Of a stretch of DNA of 52,992 nt, positions 38,531 to 51,459 are shown one piece after another. The first letter of the stretch is position 1, and each line of letters starts with the position of its first letter. The position numbers and the translations under genes were made by a program. Below the pieces are notes generated by a model. The model ran no database searches and was not told where the DNA came from. It worked only from the letters and a program-made list of their open reading frames with translations. Source of the DNA: Octopus sinensis (taxonomy: Eukaryota); assembly GCF_006345805.1 (NCBI RefSeq), contig NW_021834296.1, positions 1-52,992 of the forward strand. Direction: 5' to 3'.

Positions 38531-39082
38531 AAGCAACGCCACACGATGCAACTTAGCGGTTCAGCAAAAGACACCGATAGAATGAGTACTAGGCTTACAA
38601 AGAATAAGTCCTGGGGTAGATTTGCTCGACTAAAGGTGGTGCACCAGCATGGCCGCAGTCAAACGACTGAAACAAGTGAGAGATTAAAAGAGCAAATAGT
38701 GCCAAAAGTGTATATTCTTTAATTAAGGGAGATAACTAAAAAATAACATCTTAGTCATATAAAACCGACGTGACAGTTTCGAATTGAAACGGGCTCGTTT
38801 TTCGCTTGCGAAGGGGACACGAGCATTGGCGCACCAACAGACACACATACGCATGCAAGCTTTCTGCTGATACCTTTAACAAATAAACATTGACTAGCTT
38901 ATATTTTACATTTAATTACACGCCACAACTATATAAAGTAATAACAATATCTAGTACAAACCTTTGGACTTGATCAGGTGATTATTTTGTTTTAGATAGT
39001 ATATATGCGTGTGTGGGTATATACACCTATATATGTATGTATTTATGTATGTATGTACGTATGTATGTATATATATATATAT

Positions 39083-41380
39083 GGAATTGTATCTTTGTGG
39101 TACCAGTGACGGTGGCACACAAGAAAACCACCCGAACGTGGCCGTAGCCAGTACCGCATCGACTGGCCTCCGTGCTGTGGGCACAACAAACACCATCCGA
39201 TCGTGGCCGTTCGCCAGCCTCATCTTGCACCTGTGTCGGTGGCACATAAAAACACCATCCGAAGACCCGGCGACGTAGTCAGTCCACCTGTGCATACCTT
39301 CCTTCTTATGACACTTGTGAAGACCTGTTGAGGCAAGTGTGTGACACTTGTGAAGACCTGTTGAGGCAGAGGCAAGTGTGTGACACTTTGTGAAGACCTG
39401 TTGAGGCAGAGGCAAGTGTGTGACACTTGTGAAGACCTGTTGAGGCAAGTGAAAATCAAACCAAATCAAAATAGATGAACATCAATGGAATTTGTATCTT
39501 TGTGGTACCAGTATCGGTGGCACACAAGAAAACCATCCGAACGTGGCTGTAGCCAGTACCGCATCGACTGGCCTCCGTGCTGTGGGCACATAACAAACGC
39601 CATCCGATCGTGGCCGTTCGCCAGCCTCATCTGGCACCTGTCCGAAGACCCGGCAAGACTAGTCAGGCCATAGCCCGTGGCCCCTTCCTGGGATGTAGTC
39701 AGTCCACCTGTGCATACCTTCCATCTTATGACACTTGTGAAGTCCTGTTGAGGCAAGTGCTAATCTAATCAAATCAAATGACACTTGTGAAGACCTGTTG
39801 AGGCAAGTGATAATCATAATCATAATCAAATCAAATCAAAACAAATCAAAATAGATGAACATCAATGGAATTTGTATCTTTGTGGTACCAATGCCGGTGG
39901 CACACAAGAAAACCATCCGAACGTGGTGGTAGCCAGTACCACATCGACTGACCTCCGTGCTGTGGGCACGTAACAAACACCATCCGATCGTGGCCGTTCG
40001 CCAGCCTCATCTGGCACCTGTGTCGGTGGCACATAAAAACACCATCCAAAGACCCGGCAAGACTAGTCAGGCCATAACCCGTGGCCCCTACCTGGGACGT
40101 AGTCAGTCCACCTGTGCATACCTTCCTTCTTATGACACTTGTGAAGACCTGTTGAGGCAAGTGAAAATCAAACCAAATCAAAATAGATGAACATCAATGG
40201 AATTTGTATCTTTATGGTACCAGTGCCGGTGGCACACAAGAAAACCATCCGAACGTGGCTGTAGCCAGTACCGCATCGACTGGCCTCCGTGCTGTGGGCA
40301 CATAACAAACGCCATCCGATCGTGGCCGTTCGCCAGCCTCATCTGGCACCTGTCCGAAGACCCGGCAAGACTAGTCAGGCCATAGCCCGTGGCCCCTTCC
40401 TGGGATGTAGTCAGTCCACCTGTGCATACCTTCCATCTTATGACACTTGTGAAGTCCTGTTGAGGCAAGTGCTAATCTAATCAAATCAAATGACACTTGT
40501 GAAGACCTGTTGAGGCAAGTGATAATCATAATCATAATCAAATCAAATCAAAACAAATCAAAATAGATGAACATCAATGGAATTTGTATCTTTGTGGTAC
40601 CAATGCCGGTGGCACACAAGAAAACCATCCGAACGTGGTGGTAGCCAGTACCACATCGACTGACCTCCGTGCTGTGGGCACGTAACAAACACCATCCGAT
40701 CGTGGCCGTTCGCCAGCCTCATCTGGCACCTGTGTTGGTGGCACATAAAAACACCATCCAAAGACCCGGCAAGACTAGTCAGGCCATAACCCGTGGCCCC
40801 TACCTGGGACGTAGTCAGTCCACCTGTGCATACCTTCCTTCTTATGACACTTGTGAAGACCTGTTGAGGCAAGTGAAAATCAAACCAAATCAAAATAGAT
40901 GAACATCAATGGAATTTGTATCTTTATGGTACCAGTGCCGGTGGCACACAAGAAAACCATCCGAACGTGGCCGTAGCCAGTACCGCATCGACTGGCCTCC
41001 GTGCTGTGGGCACGTAACAAACACCATCCGATCGTGGCCGTTCGCCAGCCTCATCTGGCACTTGTGTCGGTGGCACATAAAAACACCATCCGAGCGTGGC
41101 CGTCTGCCAGCCTCGTCTGGCACCTGTGTCGGTGGCACATAAAAAACACCATTTGAGCGTGGCCGTTCGCCAGCCTCGCCTGGCACCTGTGTCGGTGGCA
41201 CATAAAATCACCCACTACACTCTCGGAGTGGTTGGCGTTAGGAAGGGCATCCAGCTGTAGAAACACTGCCAGATATGACTGGCCTGGTGCAGCCTTCGGG
41301 CTCCCCAGACTCCAGTTGAACCGTCCAACCCATGCTAGCATGGAAAGCGGACGTTAAATGATGATGATGATGATGATGAT
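39083..41380 (+). repeat. Tandemly amplified RTE-related 3' UTR with alternating 380/332-bp units (712-bp higher-order repeat)
   Basis: aatagatgaacatcaatggaatttg near 39470, 39850, 40182, 40562 and 40894; ends in the same tail as 34030-34078. Confidence 0.85.
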
Positions 41381-41544
41381 ATATATATATATATATATAT
41401 ATAAAGATAGATAGATATAGATATATATAATGATAGATATAGACATATATAAAGGTATATATATATATATATTATATATAAAGATATATATATATATATA
41501 TATAATATAATATATATATACATATATAATATATATATATAAAG

Positions 41545-41576
<32 letters not shown>

Positions 41577-41839
41577 TATATATAAAGATATATATACATA
41601 TATATATATATATAAAGATATATATACATATACATATATATATATAAAGATATATATACATATACATATATATATACATATACATATACATATATATAAA
41701 GATATATATACATATACATATATATATATATATATATAGATATATATATATATATATATATACATACATATATATATACATACATATATATATACATACA
41801 TACATATATATATACATACATATATATATACATACATAC

Positions 41840-41872
<33 letters not shown>

Positions 41873-41955
41873 CATTATATATATATATATATATATACAT
41901 ATATATTATATATATATATATATTACATATATATATATATATGTATATACATATA
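41380..41955. repeat. Complex (TA)n microsatellite; similar tracts at 2660-3085, 5435-5975, 23500-23582, 25860-26085 and 36585-36740
   Basis: Direct inspection. Confidence 0.95.
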
Positions 41956-44619
41956 TGGTTGTATGCTGGGGCACCGACTTTTGTCGAGTAAATCGACCCG
42001 AGGACCTATTCTTTGTAAACCTAGTACTTATTCTATCGGTCTCCTTTGCCGAACCGCTAAGTTACAGGGACGTAAACACACCAGCATCGGTTGTGGAACT
42101 ATGTTGGGCGGACAAACACAGACACAGAAACATACATATATATATTCATATATACGACGGGCTTCCTTCTGTTTCCGTGTACAAAATCCACTGACAAAGC
42201 TTTGGTCGGTCCAAGGCTATGGTAGAAAACATTTGCCCATGGTGCCATGTAGTGGGATTGAACCTGGAATCATGTGGTTTGTAAGCGAGCTACTTCCCAT
42301 ACAGACACTCCTGTTTGTTAACCTGACAACAAGTTGAAGGTGAGCTCTGACTGGTTGTATGCAAATGAGTTCATTAATGGGATGCGGAACACTCGTGGCT
42401 GGGTCACATGAGACGATGCGACCACCTTGGGTATGGGTGGACTGTGCTCAAACACCCACCCGTCCTATCACCCACACATATAGATACATGCAAAGACGCA
42501 CACTCGTAGCTATTTATGCTTTAAAAATGTTGACCATAAAACTGTGACATTCTGAAGAAAGTGTATGAGTGTGTGTGTGTGTGCTTTCATTTCTGCTTCG
42601 CTGAATTTGTGAAAGAGCGACGGGAACTTGTTGACATCGATGACAATTTTCGTATATTGCCTCTTTTTTTTTTCTTTTGTCAGTCATTGAATTGTGGCCA
42701 TGCTGGGTTACCGCCTTGCAGGATTTTAGTCGAACCAATTGACCTCATTAAAGTAATTTTTTCAGCCTGGTAAGTATCCGCTCAGTTTATATATATATAT
42801 ACATACACAGTCCTTAAATCGTAGTCTTCGTTTCTGCTGGGGGCTCTCTCCATACAGAAGTTTAGCATATAGCATCTGTTTAAGGATCCTCTGATCATTA
42901 ACCTAAAGAAAATGTCCAGTCCATCATTATTCTCTGTGCTTTTATAATTTGACAAATTCAACCTCTCTTCTCTGGGCAACATATTTTCCTTTTGATGCTT
43001 TTAAAATATGAAAATTACTTTGACAGTCATTGACCAAAACAAGACGAATATCTCCGTCAGTAAAGGAATTTGTCTGGGGTCACCAAAGTTTGAAGAAGTT
43101 ACTCTTTTAGTTTTATAAAGTCACTAAAAGTCTTACGTTTTCTCAATTTATAGAAAACTAACACTTATATAAATGAGTTTATTGCTACGCATTAAATGTT
43201 AAAACTAAATTTTCTCCAGCTGGTCTATATAAACAGTAACCTATAGCTTTGGACAGCTTTATTATTTTGTTGTGTAGTTACATTGCATATAATGTGTGAA
43301 AAGCATTTCTCCCCCAGTTATCCAAGAAAAAAGATCAGAAACTTATGTTATCAATTTATTTGGAATAATTTTGTACAAAGTTTGATACAAAATAATTTTG
43401 TTGTGTCTGGGGAGAGTCATTCTCTTTTAGTGCCTTATTATTTAACACACTCACCGGTAAAATTTCGGTTTGCTTTAAAAGTAATTATCAATTTCTGAAT
43501 AAAGTTTCTTTTTATCTAATTTAAATATCTTGATTATTTAATTTAAAAACAATCAGGTTTGTTCACTTCTATCACAAAAGAATCCAATAAAAAGTGGAGA
43601 ATACTTATGAGTCTTCTTTCCAATTCCACAAAAGTCTGCTCGGTAGAGCTTCCTGTCACATCTTATAATGTACATAAAGGTCTCATGTATTTTACTTATT
43701 TAATCTTGGTCTCTGCTGTAAGAACTTGAAATCTAATTTCAATTAAAATAACATGTAATAACAGTGGAGTAATATGAAGGTAAATATTGTAGGGAAGAAT
43801 TGTACTCTTCCTTTATCTGAAGTTATTTAAAAAGAGGGAGACACTGTGGCTTTTCCACAATCACATGCAATTAAAACAACAAATGTTGTGTCATTATTTT
43901 ATTATCTCACAATTTTTCAGCACAGCTATTGTTTAATTATAATTTTTTGGATTTATTTTCATATGTATAATAGTGAAGTTTTATTTTTACTGACGAAAAT
44001 TGCAGTCATTAGTAAATAACGAAGGTCATAAAGTAAGAATATAAAATTAAAATATTGTATATTGCACTCAAAACCCCCTGAATTTTTATTCAACCACCGC
44101 CACTTTGGAGAGGCCTGTCTTAAACCACAACAGGACAAAGTGAGATATATCCTTAGATACATCATGTATTATATAGAAATACTATCTCTATAGGATATAT
44201 AAAGGAAAAAGACATCAATATATATATCCAGGCATTCTACTCTCAGCTAAAATGAAGGTAGATAACTATCAATATAGGAGAAGATATTAAAGCTGTCTAT
44301 ATAACAATATAGGGATGGGATTAGATAGATATACAACAGCAACAACAATAAATGAACATTTCAAAGTTTGTCTTTATTTTAAAAGTGAATTTTTAACAAA
44401 GGAACAAAACCAGTGATGGGATCACAATGAGGTTGATATACCTGCTAGAATTAGCAGCTAAATTCACACGATATCACTGTACAGAAGGGCATATTGGACG
44501 AGATGGTTGGGGTTCTCTTTGGAAATAGGCATGATGGTCCTGGCTGGAATGCGTTTGATCAAAAGACTCTGTTTGGTCAAGGTTAATCTGAAGCTAAACA
44601 ACAACAGTTACATGGAAAT

Positions 44620-44818
44620 TCACTTTGCGTCTAATGACAGACATTCCATCGCAGTGAAACATTCAGCTTCTTCAAGAGCTGCACTTAATGTTGCGTGTGT
44701 CCGTGTTTCTGGGTCGCAATTTTTGAACCATTCGCGAAGCATCAGGTAGCCTTGTTTTACAGTGTCAATAGACTCATCATCAATTTTCAGTTCAGTTGTA
44801 TCAACTCCTAAAAAATAG
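44620..44818 (-). CDS. Death-domain protein, terminal exon
   Basis: FLGVDTTELKIDDESIDTVKQGYLMLREWFKNCDPETRTHATLSAALEEAECFTAMECL; the MLxxW...ATLxxAL pattern; acceptor at 44818 or 44807. Confidence 0.75.
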
Positions 44819-45169
44819 CTGCAAAAGACACAACAATAAGAAATAAATGCAACAACATTGACAATAACATAAAACGCTGTGTACTGTAGGTTGTTATGAA
44901 TATAACAAACAAACTTTATCAATAGAGAAGTAAAAAAAGAAATAGCTAAGAAACATGAAAAATATAAGACAATGTTTTCTATTGACAAAAATAACAAAGA
45001 GTTTGAATTAAACGAGATTTTTAAAGAAAATTAATTGAAAATTATACTTGAGAAAATATATGGTAAACGAGGGCAGGAAAACTTTTGTGAAGGCAAAAGT
45101 ATATCAGAACCTCAAGAATTAACATTGACCTCCAACAGTGAAGAAAGCATATGATCCATCCATTTCCTC

Positions 45170-45480
45170 TGCTCAATATTCTTGAAAGGGCTGTGGGGAA
45201 AGAGTCCTCAGGCACCTCCTCCATAGGGTCCTATCAGAAGCATCCATCATTAGACATTCTGCTTGTATTCTATGATGTGAAGAACTAAGACTATGGATAT
45301 CATCCAACCATTTCTTTCTTGGCCTCCCCCTCGGTATCCTGTTCCATTGGTTTGACTTTGAGAACATGTCCTGTAATTCATTCCTGCAACACCCTGATCA
45401 CATGTCCGAGGTACCACAGATGTGGAGGAGACGTGGCTCAACCTGGAGAGACTCCCAGATCCTGAACTATAAATCCTATT
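45170..45480 (-). mobile_element. RTE-like LINE 3' relic
   Basis: PRGRPRKKWLDDI ... DRTLWR. Confidence 0.65.
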
Positions 45481-46385
45481 GAGTAACATTACTCCAAAGA
45501 CCCTTTAGAGGAATCCCATATATCTGTCTTATTCTGGTAGATTTCAGACCTGGTATTCAAAGGGTCATGAAAGTACTGTCCCTCTGTGCCATCTACTACT
45601 TTGCAAAGTTCCCAAGAGGACACTAGAAATCGAATGATCAGTGATTGTCCAACAGTCGATAATTCTAAGTCAAATTCAACCCATTTCAAACTCTCCAATG
45701 AACTCCAGGTTCAATCAATTCTACAGAGCCTATTCAGTTATTATTATGTCAGTCTCAATGAGAGATGCCACCTCCAGTTCGGCTTGACTTGTGAATGTTC
45801 ATTTTCTGGTAAATTCCCTTAAAGGAATTCTCTGTTTTCGCCTGAGGAGTATGATAGGATTTCGCTGTGTCACCTTTATTAAATCTCTTTTTATTGAAGC
45901 ATTTACAGACATATGTCATGTGGTAAAGTCATTGCAAAATGACAAATCTAAATTGGAATTATCAGCTTCCAACACAATAATCCAATAAATAATGGCTGCA
46001 AGAAGAACCAAACTCAAAGTCTTCTGTTTGAAGAAAGATGCTTTGTTTTAGATGTTAACTTTGGTACTTGTCCTTCATTACAATAACCTAACAGTGAACC
46101 TAAAGAAAATGTAAAACAAATTCACTCATCTGTTTACCCTTAAACAATATATTTAGTTCCTCTTCCAAAAGATAATATTAAACGCCATTTTATTTTCTAG
46201 TTTATCCATTATTACCAACCATGCTAACCTCAGTGGATATTTTATGAAATATCAGGAATATCGTAATAAAAATTGTCATACAGATAACCTATCAATGGGA
46301 TGAGGAATGTAACTTGTTCTCATTCATTCTGACAAATAAAATAGATGGGTGAAAGTAAATATATAGAGAAATCAAATATACTCAC

Positions 46386-46456
46386 CCACTTGCCACCAAT
46401 CACTTCCTAACCTCTTAGCCACTCTCAGAAGATCCTCTCCTTCAGAACTGGACTCT
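46386..46456 (-). CDS. Death-domain helices 1-2 exon (apparent 1-nt deletion)
   Basis: tttcag| ... DLLRVAKRLGSDWWQV |gtgagt; 71 nt where 72 would give phase 1-1. Confidence 0.7.
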
Positions 46457-47639
46457 CTGAAATAAATATTTCCAAGTTATATAATTATTGTAAAACTTAT
46501 TTATCTCTATAAATATTCTGTAGTTTATTGTTGTGGGACATTGTTATCATCAGTGGTTGGCTGGTGACCACTAGGGTTTTGCTCAGTATTTTTATACTTT
46601 CCATTGTGGGACCAGGTAATAGCTCAATATTTAGGCCCGCAACAAAATAGACTAACTTTCCGAAACTTTGTTTCTCTTTAAAGAGACATCCTACATAATC
46701 TAACAATGTTGCAATTATTTATTTAATTATCATTTCATGAGACTGTTTCTTCTCATAGTTCTCTCTCTCCTTTGATATATCTCTGAACCAATCTATGACA
46801 TGCGACTGTCCTCTAAACTCTAGACTTCACTAACCACCATTCTCCTCATCTTCTGCTAAAGTCCAATATCATCCAATGTGGTCTCCAAAGATCTCGTCAC
46901 AAATGCATGACACACCACTTCAAGTAAAATAAACATAATACCAGTTCTCTTTGCTGTTGGAAATCTTGAATTTTATCATCCTACATCCCAGATCACCTGG
47001 TCATTATCTGGTGCAGGGAATATTTTAAGACTCTTTAATAAAGGTGAGCAATGATCAGTTCTCCACAGATGAAACAAAAAGTGATATCAGGTGTCCTAAA
47101 ACACTGCACACTTGTACAAAACCCCATTAACTACATACAACTGGACATCTACACATTAATGCAGTGAAGACATCTGAAATGGTACAAAAGGACTGATACT
47201 CAAAAATATATAAGAAACACGGGAATACAAAGTGCGAGCTCCAAATCTTTTATTTTCCAGAATGTTTGGCAATTTATTTCTTTTAACCCATCTTCGTTCT
47301 GTGACGTGATCTCAATGCCTTTACTATTATTGCAAAATAGGTAGTTTACCATCGTCGTAATAGTTTTTCAAGTTCCCTTTAAACTTCATCAGGGTTTCTC
47401 CTGCTATTTTGACCTTCACTTGTTTCTGCTGACCTTTCACAAATGACGGGTCATTACCCATTTGCATTGAAGCACATTCTTCACCAAGTTCCTCAGTCTA
47501 CCCAGTTAATCCAGAACTATTTGCATATCCTTTATTTGTTGTTACTATTGTTATGTAATCCATTAATGTCTTCTCGAGTGGTTTTCCTTTGAGCCATTTC
47601 TTATCAATCTGCTGATTTAAGTAACATCTCCATAACAAT

Positions 47640-47990
47640 CACAAACCAAATGACTGATTTGTAGAAAACTACAGCAATTCCCGTTTCAAAATGATACCAG
47701 TCTATCGAGAAAGTTTTCCTCATGAACTGCATATTGAAATTGTTATAGCAGCTCCTCATCAGATCCTTAATCTTTTCTCATATATAAAACAGGTCCACTG
47801 CTTCCATCAACAATTTGTTTGCTAGAGAACCATAAACCAGATCAAATCACACAACATTCAATCCCTTTTATTCTTCTTTCCGTCTTGTATCACATCCTAG
47901 ATTTAAGACACATGTTCCACCCAGCAGGAATGCCAGAGGATTCCAGTCTTCGAGATACTTTTAGTCCCATATTCATTATTCTGTAGATTT
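47640..47990 (-). mobile_element. Decayed Hero/R2/NeSL-like reverse transcriptase fragment
   Basis: VEHVS*I*DVIQDGKKNKRD ... DLVYGSLANKLLMEAVDLFYI*EKIKDLMRSCYNNFNMQF, with stops and frameshifts. Confidence 0.55.
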
Positions 47991-48965
47991 ACAGTTGATC
48001 TCTTTGTGAATACAACCTTGTAAATCTTGCCATTTATATTCAAGTTGAAATTAGTCTGAACTAATCAATAGGTATTTGATTGCTGGTTTCAATGGACATT
48101 TCAAACTGTCTATGAATGGGAATCATTGCTTTTGCTTTGGATCTCTGCATATATCCATCCAGTTCATCTTTATTGTATTTAGCTTTGTTCTCAGTATCTG
48201 CAAACAGAATTTCCTGTAGAAGTTAAAGAGGAGCGTTTAATTTTGTTGACAACATGATCATTTTTCTAGTGCTTTTGGAGCAAAATTGTGCCCAAGGACT
48301 TTTTAAAGCGGTTGATGTTAGGAAAGGCACATCACCATAGAAAAGCCGGAATGTGTTCCTCATCCAATCAAGGCGGACAGTATTTGTTAATAAGAACTGA
48401 CATGGATAGGAATCATCTATCCAATCGATCGGAGCATAGACATCAGATGATGAAGGATGAGGGTCATCAGTGTCTATCTTGGAGAGAGAGGGAGAGAGAG
48501 AACGGTTGTCTCAACATCAAACCTAATACTTTTACATGGATAAAGACAATGTTTAGGGGATGTAATGATAAATTTATTATCAGTGAAAACAAAAAGGCAG
48601 GGTGTTCACATAAGGAACACATTTCATTGTAAATCTGTCACATTATGAGAGATATTTGCTTAAATAGCAACAACAGCAATAACCTATCAGTAAACTTAGT
48701 AACTACAAATTTTAGTCCTCCGTTTCAAAATACAGTATTAATTCTATTGTCTTCTAAATTATCTATTTTCCAAACCATGCCATCCCCGTTGGATATTTTG
48801 TGAAATTTCATTGATATCAAAATGTCTAATAGAATTATTTTACAGTTAATATTTCAGATGTAAATTAGGAATGGATCTTGTCCTCAGTCATTCTGATAAA
48901 CTACAAATGCTCAGGTGAAGGTTAAATTTATAGAAATCCATGAGGTACTGTTATTTGCTACTCAC

Positions 48966-49013
48966 CAACTGGCTGTGATGTTGTCAAGGCATCCTTCACA
49001 GAAGTTGGAGTCT
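48966..49013 (-). pseudogene. Mini-exon cassette (TPTSVKDALTTSQPV) with mutated acceptor
   Basis: Flanks homologous to the 46386 exon; donor gtgagt intact; CAG changed to CAA. Confidence 0.45.
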
Positions 49014-51046
49014 TTGAAATGAAATTTTTCAAGCTTTACGTTTTATAGTATAATTTCATTATAGTTATTGATAATCAACACTTTATTATGTGTGGGAAGG
49101 GCATACAGCTGTAAAAACTAGTTCGTAGGGATGTGGTTGTGTACCCATGTAAAAGTTATGTTTACTTTGAGGGTAAAAGGTGTAAAATATCAGATGAGGG
49201 TACAAGATAATGCTATGAAACTTTCAGACAGACAAGTTTAAGAGAGTTAATGAATGATAGCTGATTAATTATCATGTTAATGCAGCATAAAAACACTAAC
49301 TATCAATATAGATTGTATAAAATCTGTGTGGAAGAACATGTGACATTTGTTACAATTAATATGGTTGTGTCTCAGCACAGTTGATATTATGGTAGTTCCA
49401 TGAGAAACCATAGAAAAATGTAACCATTTCCAGTACCGAATACTAATGATGAATTCTTTTCTTGGTCAGATAACAATGACCAGGTTCCATGATCTAATTT
49501 CAACAGAACAATCAAGTCGGAAGTAAAACCAAAATGTGGAAGACTGAAAACAGTGACTCTCTTACAATTGAAACCATCTCAAAGCCAACAATTGTCAGTA
49601 TAACGATGTCTATATGGACAGTAAACGTTATTCAAACATCGTAACAGGCGATAATTATATATATATAGTTAGAAAAGCGTTGTAAGTTCAAGTCACACTG
49701 GAATCTCATACGTTCATTCCTTTCCATGTATTGCATATGCTAGCATCAATGTTTTGTTCAAATGTGAACATATGTTCTCTGTTCAATATGAATGTTATCA
49801 AAATCACTGAACCGGTTTTCTCAATCAATATTATTATACTGAGCTAATATGTTATACCAGACAGGAAACTACTGTAACAATCTAAGACAAAGAATTATGA
49901 TGAGTTACTGGAAGACAGCATCATCATCATCATCATCAACATTCAAAGTTTGTTTTCCATGCTGGAATGGGTTGGAAATCTTGACAGGATCTGACAAGCC
50001 AGACAACTGCACCAGGCCCCAGATGGTTTCTTTTGCATGGTTTTCTACTGTAGGATGCTCTTACTGATGCCAACCACCTCACAGAGTGTACGTGGCCCCT
50101 TTTTATAAAGCACAAGTACTGGCGTATTTAGCCAAAAGACATGTAAGACAAAGACCCCACAGCCGAGAGAGGGGGTATTGCAAATTTCTCTCCCCGCATC
50201 CTGATACTTTTGTCATCACATTCCCTTCTCACCTCCTGAAATGTCATCAGCTTCAGTGAACCAAAACATCATAGAATAGTGAGGACCGTCTAATTATATA
50301 GAATGTAACACAACTTGATTACTACTTGTGCTATAATTAAATGCTCCCAGAACACACTAGGAAGTGGTTGGTGGAAACTAGGAAAGATGACACCACAAGT
50401 TTGAAAGGAACGTTTGATATTGTTGGGGAATTGATGATCATTTCTAATGCTTGTGCGACAATAAAATATACCCAGGACCCTTTATAAAGTGGTTGGGGTT
50501 AGAAAGGGTCTACCACCTTAGAAAAGCTGCAATGTTTAAGTGAGATGTTTTCCTCAACAAATGACGGTTGGCAGTTAATTTCAGATACAACTGACTTGGA
50601 CAGTGATGACCCACATAGTGTATGGGAGCATGGAGAGGAGAGCAGATGAGAAAAGATGAAGATGATATCATTTATTGTATTGAAAACTTTTAACCAGCAT
50701 CTTTCTTGAAAAGACGGAGAGAAAGAGCATGAGAGAGAGAGAGAGAATGAATGAGTACAAATGAGATGACAAACAGGGCGAATATTCTCCTTAACGGGAG
50801 AGAACGGTTCAGGGTTATATTTAATTTTTGTATCTTTCTTTCTGCGAGTGAATGAGTAACAGATGTTTGCATAAAGTACATTTATTGGATATTCATGTTG
50901 TTGTAGAAGAACAGAATTTCTTTATAGCTAAGCATTCAAATGAAATGTAGCAGTGGTATCTGTTCTCGGTCATTCTATTGACCAAAAAGCTCAGTAAAAG
51001 CTAAAACTTTATAGAAATCAATTATGTAATGTCATTCTATACTCAG

Positions 51047-51097
51047 CACGTGGCTCTTCTACTGTCTGGACCTCTTTGTCTCCCAAAATTGGCCTTG
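51047..51097 (-). pseudogene. Mini-exon cassette (RPILGDKEVQTVEEPR) with mutated donor
   Basis: atttatttcag acceptor; 51 nt, phase 1-1; donor reads ctgagt. Confidence 0.5.
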
Positions 51098-51380
51098 CTG
51101 AAATAAATATTTCCAAGATTATACTTGATTATACTTGTGACCAAATGACAAATTTACTCTATTGTGTCTTCTAATTTGAACATTATTACCAACAGCATTA
51201 ACCTCAATGGGTATTTCATAAACTCACAGTAAATGATATCTTTAATTCAAATTATTATACAGATAATCGTTAATTAGAAAATAGGAATGAAGCTGTTTCA
51301 GTATTCTTTCAAGCACAATATACTCGGGGAAGAAAGAAAACATTATAGAAATTCATTGGGAACTATTATTTTATACTCAC

Positions 51381-51459
51381 CAATTGCCTGAGATGAAACC
51401 TCTAATTCCTGACATGTAGCCTCTGTTTGTACCACACATGTCCTCAAAGTTTGGAGCCT
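51381..51459 (-). pseudogene. Mini-exon cassette (TLRTCVVQTEATCQELEVSSQAI) with apparent +1 frameshift
   Basis: ttttacag| ... |gtgagt; 79 nt; flanks homologous to the other cassettes. Confidence 0.5.

Noticed and set aside
39308-39455. CRISPR-like short direct repeats
   Set aside because: No unique spacers or cas genes; eukaryotic minisatellite.
42782-42982. 66-aa ORF
   Set aside because: Short, no recognisable motif or splice support.
47345-47400. - strand CTGATGA agtt...aact tGAAA
   Set aside because: Stem II is plausible but stems I and III and the cleavage site do not form; at best a decayed relic.
47710-47765. - strand CTGATGA with a following hairpin
   Set aside because: GAAA is not adjacent to the stem, and the region is explained as RT coding relic.
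48288-48632. 114-aa ORF, and an open antisense frame as a possible death-domain gene exon
   Set aside because: Overlaps a decayed RTE-tail-like repeat and (GA)n; lacks the cassette flanks.
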